A DNA stretch of 60,561 bases from the IMG/VR virus record IMGVR_UViG_3300034069_000591, positions 1 through 60,561 of that record; one strand, 5' to 3'. Positions 43,865 to 51,487 of this stretch are shown here, piece by piece (the first letter of the stretch is position 1; every line of letters starts with the position of its first letter). Source of the DNA: a virus. Under the pieces are notes generated by a model. It was not told the origin of the DNA. It did not search any database and was given only the letters and a program-made list of their open reading frames with translations. Both the position numbers and the translations under genes were made by a program.

Positions 43865-45037
43865 GTGGTCACGACCCTGATCGCGGGCGACCTCGTCACC
43901 GGCCGGATCCGGCAGCGGAACATCCCCGCGCGCTCCGGCGGGGTCGAGGTCGTCCTCAACGGCGCCGGGACGATCAGCGGGTCCGTGCGGCTCCCGGTGA
44001 CCGACCCCACCGTCATCGACCCCGTCACGGGCGCCGCCGCCGTCATCCCGATCGCGACCGACCTCGGCGAGGGCCGATCGTTCCTCGGCTACGTCCAGGA
44101 CGGCAAGCTCCTCAACGCGGGCCCGATCTGGTCCTCGAGCTACGACGGCGACTCGCAGGTCTGGTCCCTCTCCGCCGCCGGCCTCCGCTCGTACTTCGAC
44201 TACCGGTTCGTGCTCCCCCTGCTCAACGACTTCGACACCTCCTCGACGCCCGTCGGCAAGACCGTCGCGTTCAACGCGTCGACGCGGACGATCGCGAAGC
44301 AGCTCGTGCAGCTCGCGCAGTCCGCGACCGGCGGCAACGTCCCCGTCGACTTCGAGGCCGACATCGCCGGCTCCGACACCCGCACCTTCACCGGCGAGAC
44401 GCTTAAGACCGTCGGCGCCGCCCTCGACGACATCGTCGCCGCCGGCCTCGACGTGATGTTCCAGCCGTACATCACCGACGACGGGCAGTTCGTCCGGTGG
44501 CGCCTGATGACCGGCAACCCCGAGCTCCGCCAGGCCGGCACCCCGCACGTCTGGGACACCTCCGCGCCGACCCCGACCGCGACGTCCGTCTCCGTGAACC
44601 GGTCCGCGACGACGCTCCTCACGACCGCGTACGAGTTCGGCGCGACGCTCGACTCCACCCCGGACGGCGTCAACGTCGTCTCGACGCTGCTCGCCCGCAA
44701 GCGGCACGACGGCTACCTCATCAGCCTCGGCTACCCGCGCCTCGAGTCCGCCGGGCAGTACAACGACGAGGTGTCCGCGAGCAACCTCCAGGTCTACGCC
44801 GACGGCGACGTCGCGGCCGGCCGGTTCCTCACCACGACCCTCACGTTCAAGGCGCGAATCGACCTCGCCCCGAAGCTCGCCGACGTGAACGCGGGGGACT
44901 ACGCGACGCTCGTCGTGAAGGGTCACCCGCTGCTCGGCTCCGCCCGCATGGACGTGCGCATCCTGTCCGTCGCCGCGTCGCTCGCGGACTCCTCCGCGTC
45001 GATCCAGGTCGCGCCTCTCCGGACGGCCGCGGCATGA
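43865..45037 (+). CDS. minor tail protein (Tal-like)
   Basis: 390 aa. Call rests on position within the baseplate block. Confidence 0.55.
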   Translation: MVTTLIAGDLVTGRIRQRNIPARSGGVEVVLNGAGTISGSVRLPVTDPTVIDPVTGAAAVIPIATDLGEGRSFLGYVQDGKLLNAGPIWSSSYDGDSQVWSLSAAGLRSYFDYRFVLPLLNDFDTSSTPVGKTVAFNASTRTIAKQLVQLAQSATGGNVPVDFEADIAGSDTRTFTGETLKTVGAALDDIVAAGLDVMFQPYITDDGQFVRWRLMTGNPELRQAGTPHVWDTSAPTPTATSVSVNRSATTLLTTAYEFGATLDSTPDGVNVVSTLLARKRHDGYLISLGYPRLESAGQYNDEVSASNLQVYADGDVAAGRFLTTTLTFKARIDLAPKLADVNAGDYATLVVKGHPLLGSARMDVRILSVAASLADSSASIQVAPLRTAAA

Positions 45038-45516
45038 AGTACGAGACGGACCCGCAGGGCAACCGGGCGTGGTTCGCGGGCGAGCTCGCGAAGATGCGGA
45101 GCCTCATCGACGACGCGAACGCCCGCGCGCGCGCCGCGCAGGCCGACCTCCGCGACTACCAGTCGCAGCAGCAGCTCGTCGACGGCACCTCGCAGCTCTC
45201 GGTCGCGTCCTACGCCGTCACCGTCGCCCCGACCAAGCTCGTCCGCTCCGGCGGCGTCGTGACGTTCGAGGCGTGCTTCAACACCACGACGTCCGTCTCC
45301 GCCGGCGCGCGGCTCTGCACGCTCCCGCCCGGATTCCGCCCGATGCTCCAGGGCACCGGCGACAACGGGTTCGGCGGCATGGCGTACAACGGCTCCGCGT
45401 GGGTCGCGGCCGGGTTCTACGTGAGCAACTCCACGTTCGACCTGTTCATCCTCACGACCGGCCTCCCGAACGGCGGCTCGGCGCGATTCTGCGTCCCCTG
45501 GCCCGCGCTCGCCTGA
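45034..45516 (+). CDS. minor tail / fibre protein (160 aa)
   Basis: ATGA overlap. N-terminal coiled coil and beta-rich C-terminus. Confidence 0.5.
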   Translation: MKYETDPQGNRAWFAGELAKMRSLIDDANARARAAQADLRDYQSQQQLVDGTSQLSVASYAVTVAPTKLVRSGGVVTFEACFNTTTSVSAGARLCTLPPGFRPMLQGTGDNGFGGMAYNGSAWVAAGFYVSNSTFDLFILTTGLPNGGSARFCVPWPALA

Positions 45517-45553
45517 CGGCGCGTCGCGGCGGCCGCACGGCGGGCGCATCCCG

Positions 45554-45565
45554 CACCCTGGTCGC
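45554..45565 (+). promoter_or_regulatory. leaderless-type promoter (CACCCT, weak)
   Basis: Ends 7 nt before ATG 45566. Confidence 0.3.
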
Positions 45566-46201
45566 ATGACCGTCGGCCACCTCACCTCCGCGCAGCTCGT
45601 GACCGTGCAGGGCTCGATCGCCCTCGGCAAGGTCGCCGCGGCGGACTTCCGATCCCTCAAGGCGGAGGTCAAGCGCAAGCTCGGCCGCACCATCGCGATC
45701 GCGGGCCCCGCCGGCGGCTACCGGTCCGAGGCCGTGCAGCACGCCATGCACCTTGCCGGCGCCGGCTCGTCCGCCGCCGCGAAGGTCCGGTGGGGCCTCA
45801 ACCCCCGCTCGACGGTCGCGATCGCCGACCACCCGCTCGGCACTCACGAGGACGGCCTCGCGTTCGACGTCGTCGGCACCCCGCTCGACTCCGCGTTCCT
45901 CGCGATCGCGCTCAAGTGGGGCTTCAAGCTCCAGTTCCCGGGACGCGACCCGAACCACCTCCGCCACTACGGCGCGCAGCGCACCAAGCCGGTCGTCGCC
46001 GCGGTGCACAAGGTCACGAAGCCGGCCTCGGCGAAGGTCACCTACGTCGTGCGCTCCGGCGACACCCTCACGAAGATCGCGGCGCTCTACTCCGACCCCC
46101 GCGACAAGAAGGTCGACGTCGACGTCGAGGACCTCCTCCGCCTCAACCCGGGGATCGTGCCGACCGCCCTCCGCATCGGGCAGAAGGTCCGCGTCGCGTG
46201 A
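45566..46201 (+). CDS. endolysin: M15 (VanY-like) peptidase plus LysM domain
   Basis: PLGTHEDGLAFDV and DPNHLRH are Zn-peptidase motifs. The C-terminal YVVRSGDTLTKIAALY...LRIGQKVRV is a LysM domain. Confidence 0.75.
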   Translation: MTVGHLTSAQLVTVQGSIALGKVAAADFRSLKAEVKRKLGRTIAIAGPAGGYRSEAVQHAMHLAGAGSSAAAKVRWGLNPRSTVAIADHPLGTHEDGLAFDVVGTPLDSAFLAIALKWGFKLQFPGRDPNHLRHYGAQRTKPVVAAVHKVTKPASAKVTYVVRSGDTLTKIAALYSDPRDKKVDVDVEDLLRLNPGIVPTALRIGQKVRVA

Positions 46202-46302
46202 CGCGCGAGCCCGCGACGGCCTACGTTCCGCTGCTCGCCGCGGCGGTCATGGTCGTCGCGGGCGCGCTGTTCGTCCTCGGCCGCCTCGCGCACCTCGAGT
46301 AG
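46198..46302 (+). CDS. small single-TM protein (34 aa)
   Basis: GTGA overlap with the endolysin stop. Translates VTREPATAYVPLLAAAVMVVAGALFVLGRLAHLE. Confidence 0.4.
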   Translation: MTREPATAYVPLLAAAVMVVAGALFVLGRLAHLE

Positions 46303-46305
46303 GGT
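46300..46305 (+). promoter_or_regulatory. TAGGGT -10-like box facing the tRNA-containing non-coding region
   Basis: The GTAGGGTCGTCG 12-mer is shared with 17330. Confidence 0.3.
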
Positions 46306-46467
46306 CGTCGACGGTCGTCCCGGAGGACGGTCATCGGCATCGGCGATCCGAGAACGAGGCGTCCGAGCACGCCTACCTCCGGGACGATCACCGCGGGGGG
46401 CGCTAGGCGCCGCTCGAACCGGGATCCGGCCTCAGAAGCGCACTGGCCCCCGACCCTCGCGGCCATG

Positions 46468-46479
46468 TACCCTCGCCCC
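46468..46479 (+). promoter_or_regulatory. TACCCT promoter upstream of the tRNA-like element
   Basis: GTACCCTCGCCCC. The predicted +1 at 46480 lies 49 nt before the tRNA-like 5' end. Confidence 0.45.
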
Positions 46480-46524
46480 ATGCACACGCCGGTCGAGCTC
46501 CGCTCCCGGTATCCGCGCGCCTGA
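46480..46524 (+). other. 14-codon mini-ORF (MHTPVELRSRYPRA) at the predicted 5' end of the tRNA-like transcript
   Basis: ATG lies 7 nt after TACCCT. May be incidental. Confidence 0.2.
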
Positions 46525-46528
46525 GCAC

Positions 46529-46606
46529 GCCGCGGGCGCAGGGACGCACGGCCGACTGTAAATCGGCCCCCGATCGGGTAGCGAGGTTCGAGTCCTCGAC
46601 GCGGCA
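46529..46606 (+). tRNA. tRNA-Tyr(GTA)-like element with a non-canonical D-arm
   Basis: Anticodon arm GCCGA-CTGTAAA-TCGGC. Long variable arm. T-arm CGAGG-TTCGAGT-CCTCG. Six-bp acceptor helix (46529-34/46600-05). The D region is only about 15 nt. No encoded CCA. Confidence 0.5.
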
Positions 46607-46626
46607 CGACAGGCGGGCGTGACCCG

Positions 46627-46638
46627 TACCCTGCATCC
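46627..46638 (+). promoter_or_regulatory. leaderless-type promoter (TACCCT) of the modification operon
   Basis: Ends 7 nt before GTG 46639. Confidence 0.5.
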
Positions 46639-47283
46639 GTGACCGACACCCCCATCGAGGTCGCCACCGTCCCGCTCGCGGAGCTCCGGGAGTACCCCGG
46701 CAACCCCCGCCGCGGCGACGTCGAGGCGATCGCCGCGTCCCTCGAGGCGAATGAGCAGTTTCAGCCCCTGATCGTGCAGCGCTCGACCGGGTTCGTCCTC
46801 TCCGGCAACCACACCCTCGCCGCCATGCGGATGCTCGGATGGGAGGCGGCCGACGTCCGCTACGTCGACGCCGACGACGACCGCGCCGCGCGCATCGTGC
46901 TCGCCGCGAACCGCACGCACGAGCTCGGCGGGTTCGACGACACCGCGCTCCTCGCGCTGCTCCGCGCGACGCCCGACCTCGACGGCACCGGCTACGACTC
47001 CCGGTTCCTCGACGACCTCGCCTCGTCGCACGCCGAGCCGTACACCGACGACGAGGTCAAGGCCCTCGTCCACAAGCCGATCTTCACCTCGGACGGATCC
47101 CGCACCTCCGCCGGCCGCCGCATCATCGTCCTCGACATGCCCTCGCCCGTGTACGGGTGGGTCGTCGAGGCCCTCGGCGTCGTGCGCGAGCGACACGGCC
47201 TCGCCTCGAACCTCGACGCCCTCGCGTGGCTCCTCGGCGCGCACGTCGCGACGCTGCCCGAGCGCCCGGCGGTGATCGCGTGA
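46639..47283 (+). CDS. ParB N-terminal (Srx-fold) domain protein with a C-terminal RHH-like domain, paralogue 1
   Basis: ELREYPGNPRRGDVEAIAASLEANEQFQPLIV...VLSGNHTLAAMRMLG. C-terminal RIIVLDMPSPVYGWVVEALGVVRERHGLASNLDALAWLL. Confidence 0.7.
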   Translation: MTDTPIEVATVPLAELREYPGNPRRGDVEAIAASLEANEQFQPLIVQRSTGFVLSGNHTLAAMRMLGWEAADVRYVDADDDRAARIVLAANRTHELGGFDDTALLALLRATPDLDGTGYDSRFLDDLASSHAEPYTDDEVKALVHKPIFTSDGSRTSAGRRIIVLDMPSPVYGWVVEALGVVRERHGLASNLDALAWLLGAHVATLPERPAVIA

Positions 47284-47897
47284 ACGGCGAGCTCCGCTCG
47301 ATCCCGCTCGAGAAGCTCGCCGAGTACCCCGGCAACCCCCGCCGCGGCAACGTCGACGCGATCGCGACGAGCCTCCAGGCCAACGGGCAGTTCGCGCCGA
47401 TCGTCGTCCGCGGCAGCGACTACACCGTCCTCTCCGGCAACCACACGCTCCAGGCCGCCCGCGCGATCGGCCTCGAGGCCCTCGACGCGTGGGTCGTCGA
47501 GGCCGACGAGGACCGCTCCCGTCGGATCGTGCTCGCCGCGAACCGCACGGCGTCGCTCGGGTCCTACGACGAGGGCGCGCTCCTCGAGCTGCTCGAGTCC
47601 GTCGACGACCTCGGCGGGACCGGCTACTCCGACGACGACCTCGGCGACCTCCTCGCCTCGATCGAGGAGCACGTCGAGCCCGACGCGCCCGCGCCGCGCG
47701 ACCCGGCCGAACGCCCCGACCCGGGCCAGCGCATGCTCGTGCTCGACCTCACCGTCGAGGGCTACCTCTGGGTGCAGGACGGCCTCCGGGAAGTGTGCGA
47801 CCGGTTCGGCGTTGCCTCCAACGTGTCCGCGGTCGTCGAGCTGCTCAAGGCCGACCTCGGCGACGACGCCCCGCCCTACCCCCCGGAGGAACCGTGA
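47280..47897 (+). CDS. ParB N-terminal domain plus RHH-like protein, paralogue 2
   Basis: Shares a 27-nt identical stretch (GAGTACCCCGGCAACCCCCGCCGCGGC) and the same architecture with paralogue 1. GTGA overlap. Confidence 0.7.
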   Translation: MNGELRSIPLEKLAEYPGNPRRGNVDAIATSLQANGQFAPIVVRGSDYTVLSGNHTLQAARAIGLEALDAWVVEADEDRSRRIVLAANRTASLGSYDEGALLELLESVDDLGGTGYSDDDLGDLLASIEEHVEPDAPAPRDPAERPDPGQRMLVLDLTVEGYLWVQDGLREVCDRFGVASNVSAVVELLKADLGDDAPPYPPEEP

Positions 47898-48817
47898 CCG
47901 AGACTCTCCTCGCGTTCGAGCGCATCGTCGATTCCAAGGCGGCCTCCGCCCTCGTCGGCACCCCCGTCGGCGTCGACCTCGAGGCGTCGTTCCGCGCGCC
48001 CCGCCCCGGCGACACCATCCGCGTCATCGACGCCGAGACGCACGCGACCATCGGGTTCGTGACGACGCTCCCCGCGGACCTCCGCGCCGGCCTCCGCCAC
48101 GCGGTGCTCGGGCTCAAGATGACCGGCTCGACCGGCGCCGCCCGGCACGGCGCCGACATGAAGCAGCGCGGCGCGACGTTCGGCTACGCCACGAAAAAGC
48201 CCATGGCGATGCGCGAGGGCTGCCGGATCACCGTCACGAGCCGGGACAACCCCGACGTCGCCTCGACGCTCGACGCGATCGCGGACCACCTCACGCACGA
48301 GTTCGAGGACCTCAACCCCGAGCAGGCCGCGCACGACCGCGAGCTCGTCACCGGCGCGATCCTCGACGACTGGCGCATGGGCAAGGACAGCCTGTGGACT
48401 TCCGGCGTCATCAACCAGTCCGCGGTGCTCCCGTACCACCGCGACGGCAACAACGTCGACACCTGGTCGGCGATGCCCGTCGTCCGCCGCGGCATGGACG
48501 GCGGCCTCCTGCACCTCCCCGAGTACGACCTCGTGTTCCCGTGCGGCGACGGCACCGTCACCTGGTTCTACGGCAAGGGCCTCGTCCACGGCGTCACCCC
48601 GATGCGCCGCCGCACCGAGGACGCCTACCGGTACTCGGTCGTGTACTACGCGCTCCAGGGCATGAAGGACTGCGCGACGTACGCCGAGGAGACGGTCCGC
48701 GCCGCGACCCGCCGCACCGACCGGGAGCGCGCCGAGGCAGCCCGGATCCGCGCCGAGCAGGGCCTCGGCGACGAGGTCGACGTCGTCATCGACGTCCCCG
48801 AGCTCGCGGGCGCGTGA
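47894..48817 (+). CDS. TET/JBP-like 2OG-Fe(II) dioxygenase (putative DNA base hydroxylase)
   Basis: SGVINQSAVLPYH182RD184GNN ... GLVH232GVTP ... R246YSVVYY fits the HxD...H...R facial triad plus 2OG arginine. Flanks resemble TET HRD and RISLVFY. GGAGGA SD upstream. Confidence 0.7.
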   Translation: MTETLLAFERIVDSKAASALVGTPVGVDLEASFRAPRPGDTIRVIDAETHATIGFVTTLPADLRAGLRHAVLGLKMTGSTGAARHGADMKQRGATFGYATKKPMAMREGCRITVTSRDNPDVASTLDAIADHLTHEFEDLNPEQAAHDRELVTGAILDDWRMGKDSLWTSGVINQSAVLPYHRDGNNVDTWSAMPVVRRGMDGGLLHLPEYDLVFPCGDGTVTWFYGKGLVHGVTPMRRRTEDAYRYSVVYYALQGMKDCATYAEETVRAATRRTDRERAEAARIRAEQGLGDEVDVVIDVPELAGA

Positions 48818-49728
48818 CCGGCAACGCGGACGCGATCGCCACGTACGCCCGGTGGCACCGCGCGCAGGTCGAGACCAACGACCTCGACCCCGCGTACCCG
48901 GTCCTCCGGTTCGTCGCCGACGGGTGGCACCTCGACGCCGAGCAGCGCGCGTGGCTCGCCGTCTGCCACGTCACCCTCTACCACCTCGCCTCCACCCTCG
49001 CGATGTTCGAGCGCTACCCGTCGCCGGCGGACCTCCCCGAGGACGGCGAGGCCCTCATCGGCCTCCCGACCGCGACCGAGCGCCGCGGCCTCCGCGACCC
49101 GCGCGCCCGCGTCCGGCACCTCCGAGCGCTCCGCCGCGCGATGGTCGGCGGCGCCCGCGAGTGGCTCGGCGGCGACGGGTGGCAGTGGGACGTCCTGAAC
49201 GACCGCATCACCCGCATCCACGGCAACGGCCGGTGGGCGTCGTACAAGCTCGCCGAGCTGCTCCAGAAGGTCGCCGACGTCCCCACGCAGGCCCTCGACG
49301 CCGGCCACGCGCACTCCTCCGGCCCCCGCAAGGGCCTCGGGCTCCTCTGGTCGCACCTCCCCGCCGACAACGGCCCCGCCGCGATCGCGCTCCTCGACTG
49401 GGCCACCGCCGACCTCGGCCGCCGGATCGGCGAGCCCGACGTCGCGCAGGTCGAGACGTCGCTATGCGACTGGTACTCCCTGAACCGCGGTCACTACTAC
49501 CTCGGCCACGACATCGACGCCATGCTCGCGCAGCTCCGCTCGCCCTACGCGCCCCGCCTCGGGTACGAGCTCGCGATGGACGCCCGCTCGGCCGTGTTCG
49601 CCGGCGAGAGGCTCGGCGAGCTCGGCGGCTGGGAGGGACCGCGGCGCCACGCGAAGCAGCTCTACCTCGCCACGGGTACGTTCGACCCGTGCTGCACATC
49701 GAGGGCCTCGGAGTTACCGGCGCGCTGA
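48814..49728 (+). CDS. aGPT-Pplase-like protein (putative amino-acid:DNA transferase)
   Basis: All-helical. NGRWASYKLAELL, SSGPRKGLG and ETSLCDWY resemble the family as recalled. Lies between the dioxygenase and kinase genes. Confidence 0.5.
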   Translation: MTGNADAIATYARWHRAQVETNDLDPAYPVLRFVADGWHLDAEQRAWLAVCHVTLYHLASTLAMFERYPSPADLPEDGEALIGLPTATERRGLRDPRARVRHLRALRRAMVGGAREWLGGDGWQWDVLNDRITRIHGNGRWASYKLAELLQKVADVPTQALDAGHAHSSGPRKGLGLLWSHLPADNGPAAIALLDWATADLGRRIGEPDVAQVETSLCDWYSLNRGHYYLGHDIDAMLAQLRSPYAPRLGYELAMDARSAVFAGERLGELGGWEGPRRHAKQLYLATGTFDPCCTSRASELPAR

Positions 49729-50540
49729 TCGCCGACGAGCTCGACCGGCGAGGCGTCGACTTCACCTGGTCGGACAACGACAGCCCGTGGGTCGCGTGGC
49801 ACGCCTCGACCGGGTGCGTCTACCCCTCGGACCACCGCGACCTCGAGGCCGGCCGCGGCGCGTGGGCCGAGTTGTACGCCACCGGCCGGTTCCGCGGCCT
49901 CGTCGAGCTCGCCCCGTACCTGTTCGCGCACAAGACGCCCCCGCACGGCGCCAGCTACCCCTTCACCCGCCGCGGCGCGCTGAATCTCGCCGAGCCGTTC
50001 GCGCTCACCGTCGACGTCGAGGGCCTCGTCCTCGCGATGCGCACCCGCCACGAGGAGCGCCGCGTCGAGCGTTCACTGAAAAACGGCGTCGCCCTCGTCG
50101 CGCACCAGACCGCCGAGCGCGGCGACGGCTACCTCTGGGGCTGGTCCGCCCGCGTCCGGTTCCGCGAGCCCGACGAGGCGCCCGCCCGCGCCGTCTACAC
50201 CGCCAAGCGCCACCGGTTCGACAACACCTACGCCTACCCCGTCCCGAGCACCGACGAGTGGTGGGCCGGCTCGTCGCTCGTGCTCCAGAAGACCCCGAAG
50301 GAGCGCCCCGACCTCTCCGAGCTGCTCGCGACGTGGCAGGTCAATGCGCACGCGCTCCTCGGCATCAGCGACGTCGAGGTCCTCCGCACCGTGCAGGGGT
50401 GGCGCCCCCGACCCCGCGCCGGCGACTCCGGCCGCGTGATCCGCGCCGCGAACCGCGTCACCATGACGCCGGCCGCGTCCTCCGGGGTGCAGCTCGGCCC
50501 CATCGTCGCCCGGCAGATGATCGACGCGGCGCTCGCGTGA
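49689..50540 (+). CDS. FAD-dependent oxidoreductase (DAO/glycine-oxidase-like)
   Basis: The N-terminal VLHIEGLGVTGALIADELDRRGVDF is a GxGxxG Rossmann start. The C-terminal GWRPRPRAGDSGRVI...SSGVQLGPIVARQMIDAA is DAO-like. Confidence 0.65.
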   Translation: MLHIEGLGVTGALIADELDRRGVDFTWSDNDSPWVAWHASTGCVYPSDHRDLEAGRGAWAELYATGRFRGLVELAPYLFAHKTPPHGASYPFTRRGALNLAEPFALTVDVEGLVLAMRTRHEERRVERSLKNGVALVAHQTAERGDGYLWGWSARVRFREPDEAPARAVYTAKRHRFDNTYAYPVPSTDEWWAGSSLVLQKTPKERPDLSELLATWQVNAHALLGISDVEVLRTVQGWRPRPRAGDSGRVIRAANRVTMTPAASSGVQLGPIVARQMIDAALA

Positions 50541-51112
50541 CTGCGACCCTCTACGTCGTCGGCCCGCCGGCGGTCGGCAAGTCGACGCTCGTCTCCGCGC
50601 TGCTCGAGCGCTACGTCTCCGCCGGCCCCGTCGACGTCGGCCACCCGCCCCTCGTCGTCGAGCACCTCCGCCTCGTCGCGGACTCCGCCCAGCCCGACGG
50701 CGTGTACCTCGGGATCCGCCGCGACGAGTTCCCCGGCACCGACGCCCTCTCCATGGGCGTCCTCCCGCACGCCGAGGAGTGGGCGCAGCACGCCGCCCTC
50801 CCGCCGCTGATCGTCGGCGAGGGCGACCGCCTCGCGCACGAGCGGTTCCTCGCGCCCCTCGCCGAGCGCGGGCAGCTCGTGATCGTCTACCTCGCCGCGA
50901 GCCCCAAGATCCTCGCCGCGCGACGCCTCGAGCGCGGCTCGCAGCAGAACGAGACGTGGGCGACCGGTAGGGCCACCCGCGCCCGAAACGTCGCAGAGGC
51001 GGCCGAGCGGCGCGGCTGGGACGTCGTCAAGGTCTACGCCTCCGCCCCGGCCGACACGATCGCCGTCCGCGTCCGCGACGAGCTCTGGCGCCGCAGCTTC
51101 CCCCTCGCCTAG
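50537..51112 (+). CDS. P-loop kinase (putative 5-hmdU DNA kinase)
   Basis: Walker A VVGPPAVGKST. 191 aa. Last gene of the modification operon. Confidence 0.65.
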   Translation: MTATLYVVGPPAVGKSTLVSALLERYVSAGPVDVGHPPLVVEHLRLVADSAQPDGVYLGIRRDEFPGTDALSMGVLPHAEEWAQHAALPPLIVGEGDRLAHERFLAPLAERGQLVIVYLAASPKILAARRLERGSQQNETWATGRATRARNVAEAAERRGWDVVKVYASAPADTIAVRVRDELWRRSFPLA

Positions 51113-51128
51113 CGTTCGACGAAAAACG

Positions 51129-51144
51129 CCCCCTCGTCAGGGGG
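51129..51144. terminator. Hairpin CCCCCT-CGTC-AGGGGG preceded by A5 (canonical only when read on the minus strand)
   Basis: A-run at 51122-51126. On the minus strand this reads as a hairpin followed by TTTTT. Confidence 0.4.
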
Positions 51145-51196
51145 TCACCCCATGTGGGTCTGCCCCGCGGCACGCGAGCTCGCGAAGGTGAAACCC

Positions 51197-51487
51197 ATGA
51201 CCGCCACCAACACCCTCATCCGCGACCTCGACGCCCTCGACGCGATCGACCTCGAGCTCCCGCCCGCCGGCGTCGTGCTCGTCGGCGAGGCTGCCCGCGC
51301 GCAGGACGCGTCCGTCGCCGTCCGCGACGCCGACACCGTCGCCGCCGCCATGGCCGAGCTGCTCGAGCTCATCAAGACCGACCGCCACGACGCGGCCAAC
51401 GTGCAGGACATCGCCACCGACGTCCTGCCCCGCCTCGCCGCGCTCCAGGCGTTCATCGCCGAGCAGGTCGCCGAGGTGACCCGATGA
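51197..51487 (+). CDS. hypothetical helical protein (96 aa)
   Basis: GAAGGTGA lies upstream of ATG 51197. An alternative start is ATG 51152 (the track ORF start). Confidence 0.5.
   Translation: MTATNTLIRDLDALDAIDLELPPAGVVLVGEAARAQDASVAVRDADTVAAAMAELLELIKTDRHDAANVQDIATDVLPRLAALQAFIAEQVAEVTR

Noticed and set aside
46529-46606. tRNA-like element as an attP core for tRNA-targeted integration
   Set aside because: No integrase or excisionase gene is visible anywhere in the genome.
46221-46703. Minus-strand ORF of 160 aa (and 46403-46636, 77 aa) spanning the tRNA-containing gap
   Set aside because: It overlaps the tRNA-like element and two + strand promoters, has a shadow-frame composition and no translation signals.
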